Shown here piece by piece: positions 36,677 to 37,623 of a stretch of 37,623 bases of DNA. The DNA lies in sequence record SRR20825010_1514; one strand, 5' to 3'. Below the pieces are notes generated by a model. The model did not search any database. It had not been told where the DNA came from and worked only from the letters and a program-made list of their open reading frames with translations. The position numbers were made by a program, and so were the translations under genes. The stretch's first letter is position 1. Each line of letters opens with the position of its first letter.

Positions 36677-36711
36677 AAATTAAAAGTACAAAAGCTATTT
36701 GACTTGGGTAA

Positions 36712-36993
36712 CTAAAACCTGCCTGAGTAAAAAATAATATAAGAAGCTGCCAGAGCTATCAATATTAACTCAATTAGAATTCTCAATTTTAAGTTTTTTG
36801 TAATTAAGCGAATCAGCAACCCTAAGGTCAGCGCGATTGATCCATAGAGAATAATCCCTATCATACCAACAACTCCCCACCCTTCCGCGTACGATAGTTC
36901 TGCCCAATTTATAAACAGGTTTATTAGCGCTCCTATCATTGCTATCCAACCCATGATTATAAGGGGTGTTAGATATTGTTTGACTTTCATCAT
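36712..36993 (-). CDS. Small membrane protein (3 TM)
   Basis: Three hydrophobic segments; ATGA overlap with the upstream pentapeptide gene. Confidence 0.7.
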   Translation of the reverse strand: MMKVKQYLTPLIIMGWIAMIGALINLFINWAELSYAEGWGVVGMIGIILYGSIALTLGLLIRLITKNLKLRILIELILIALAASYIIFYSGRF

Positions 36994-37556
36994 TCTATCA
37001 CAATATCAAAGCCATTCAATAATGCGAGCACCTCGGGGTTGGAAAACTTTGCCTTTTTAAGGCGATTATTATTGGGGTTGAATTGGTAACCATAAGCTTC
37101 ACGGAAATCGGTCTTGGATAAATTACAGTTCACGAAAGTGCTTCCCACCAAATTTGACCCTTTGAAAATGGCGGCAGATAAATCGGTGTCTATAAAATCA
37201 CATTCCTTGATTTCGCTATTTAAGAAACGGGTGGAAGGAATTTTCAATCCTTTGAAATAACAATAGCTGATCTGGCAATTCTCGAAAGAGAAAGACAGTA
37301 GCATTTTACTGATGGGTTCGAAATCAATCCCGCTAAGTTTACAGCCCTTGAAGCTAATGTCATCCCATTTGGCACTAACCACTTTCACCGCAGTGAGGTT
37401 GCAGCTTTCGAAAGTACAGCCCTCAAACGAGCTACTTCTAAAATCAGCACCAGTTAAATCACAATTCGCAAAGTGGCATTCATCATAGAACTCACCCTCA
37501 AATGAATGGTCTTTAAAGTCTTCGTTCTTAAATGTGATTTCGCTGTGTTCTCTCAT
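36990..37556 (-). CDS. Pentapeptide repeat protein
   Basis: Tandem five-residue repeats (CHFAN CDLTG ADFRS SSFEG CTFES CNLTA). Confidence 0.92.
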   Translation of the reverse strand: MREHSEITFKNEDFKDHSFEGEFYDECHFANCDLTGADFRSSSFEGCTFESCNLTAVKVVSAKWDDISFKGCKLSGIDFEPISKMLLSFSFENCQISYCYFKGLKIPSTRFLNSEIKECDFIDTDLSAAIFKGSNLVGSTFVNCNLSKTDFREAYGYQFNPNNNRLKKAKFSNPEVLALLNGFDIVIE

Positions 37557-37575
37557 TCGGATTTTTCATCGTTGG

Positions 37576-37623
37576 TTAATAGATCCTTCGCTTCACTCCT
37601 TTAGACTTGTAATAAATGAATTT
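37576..37623 (-). CDS. 3' end of an upstream CDS (partial, unidentified)
   Basis: Open frame from the window edge, KFIYYKSKGVKRRIY*, ending 19 nt before the pentapeptide start. Confidence 0.35.
   Translation of the reverse strand, partial: KFIYYKSKGVKRRIY

Noticed and set aside
37528-37569. 13-codon ORF (MKNPNERTQRNHI) overlapping the pentapeptide start out of frame
   Set aside because: Too short, with no supporting signal; probably chance.
1-37623. CRISPR arrays, tRNA/rRNA genes, IS elements, prophage or defence genes
   Set aside because: No regularly spaced direct repeats, no intergenic gap with RNA-gene hallmarks, and no transposase, integrase or phage motifs seen by eye.

Overview
Gene-dense, AT-rich chromosomal window from a Bacteroidota bacterium, probably Cytophagales (inferred from T9SS genes, TAnnTTTG-type promoters, and porZ-recO, mutL-rhomboid-rhomboid and GH3-bshA gene order). 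Most of it is core genome: the 3' end of glmS, ridA, gltX, ferredoxin-tdk-porZ-recO, a 2OG-Fe(II) oxygenase, chrA, an LD-carboxypeptidase, clpB, a thioesterase, rlmN, an MG2/plug-domain protein, two rhomboids, mutL, a GH3/serine-hydrolase fusion, bshA, and a vWA + AAA+ pair. The most interesting accessory element is a tight four-gene minus-strand operon (33642->28346): ECF sigma factor, membrane-anchored TonB-C-domain protein (possible anti-sigma), FG-GAP beta-propeller protein with a type-B T9SS CTD, and a PorP/SprF-type barrel fused to an OmpA-like peptidoglycan-binding domain. Also notable are an unannotated 55-aa ORF, three TAAAC-N16/17-CGT ECF-like promoters, three candidate leaderless genes and a candidate heat-shock control region upstream of clpB. 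I saw no rRNA, tRNA, CRISPR array or transposase/integrase. All calls come from motif recognition by eye; no database searches were run.
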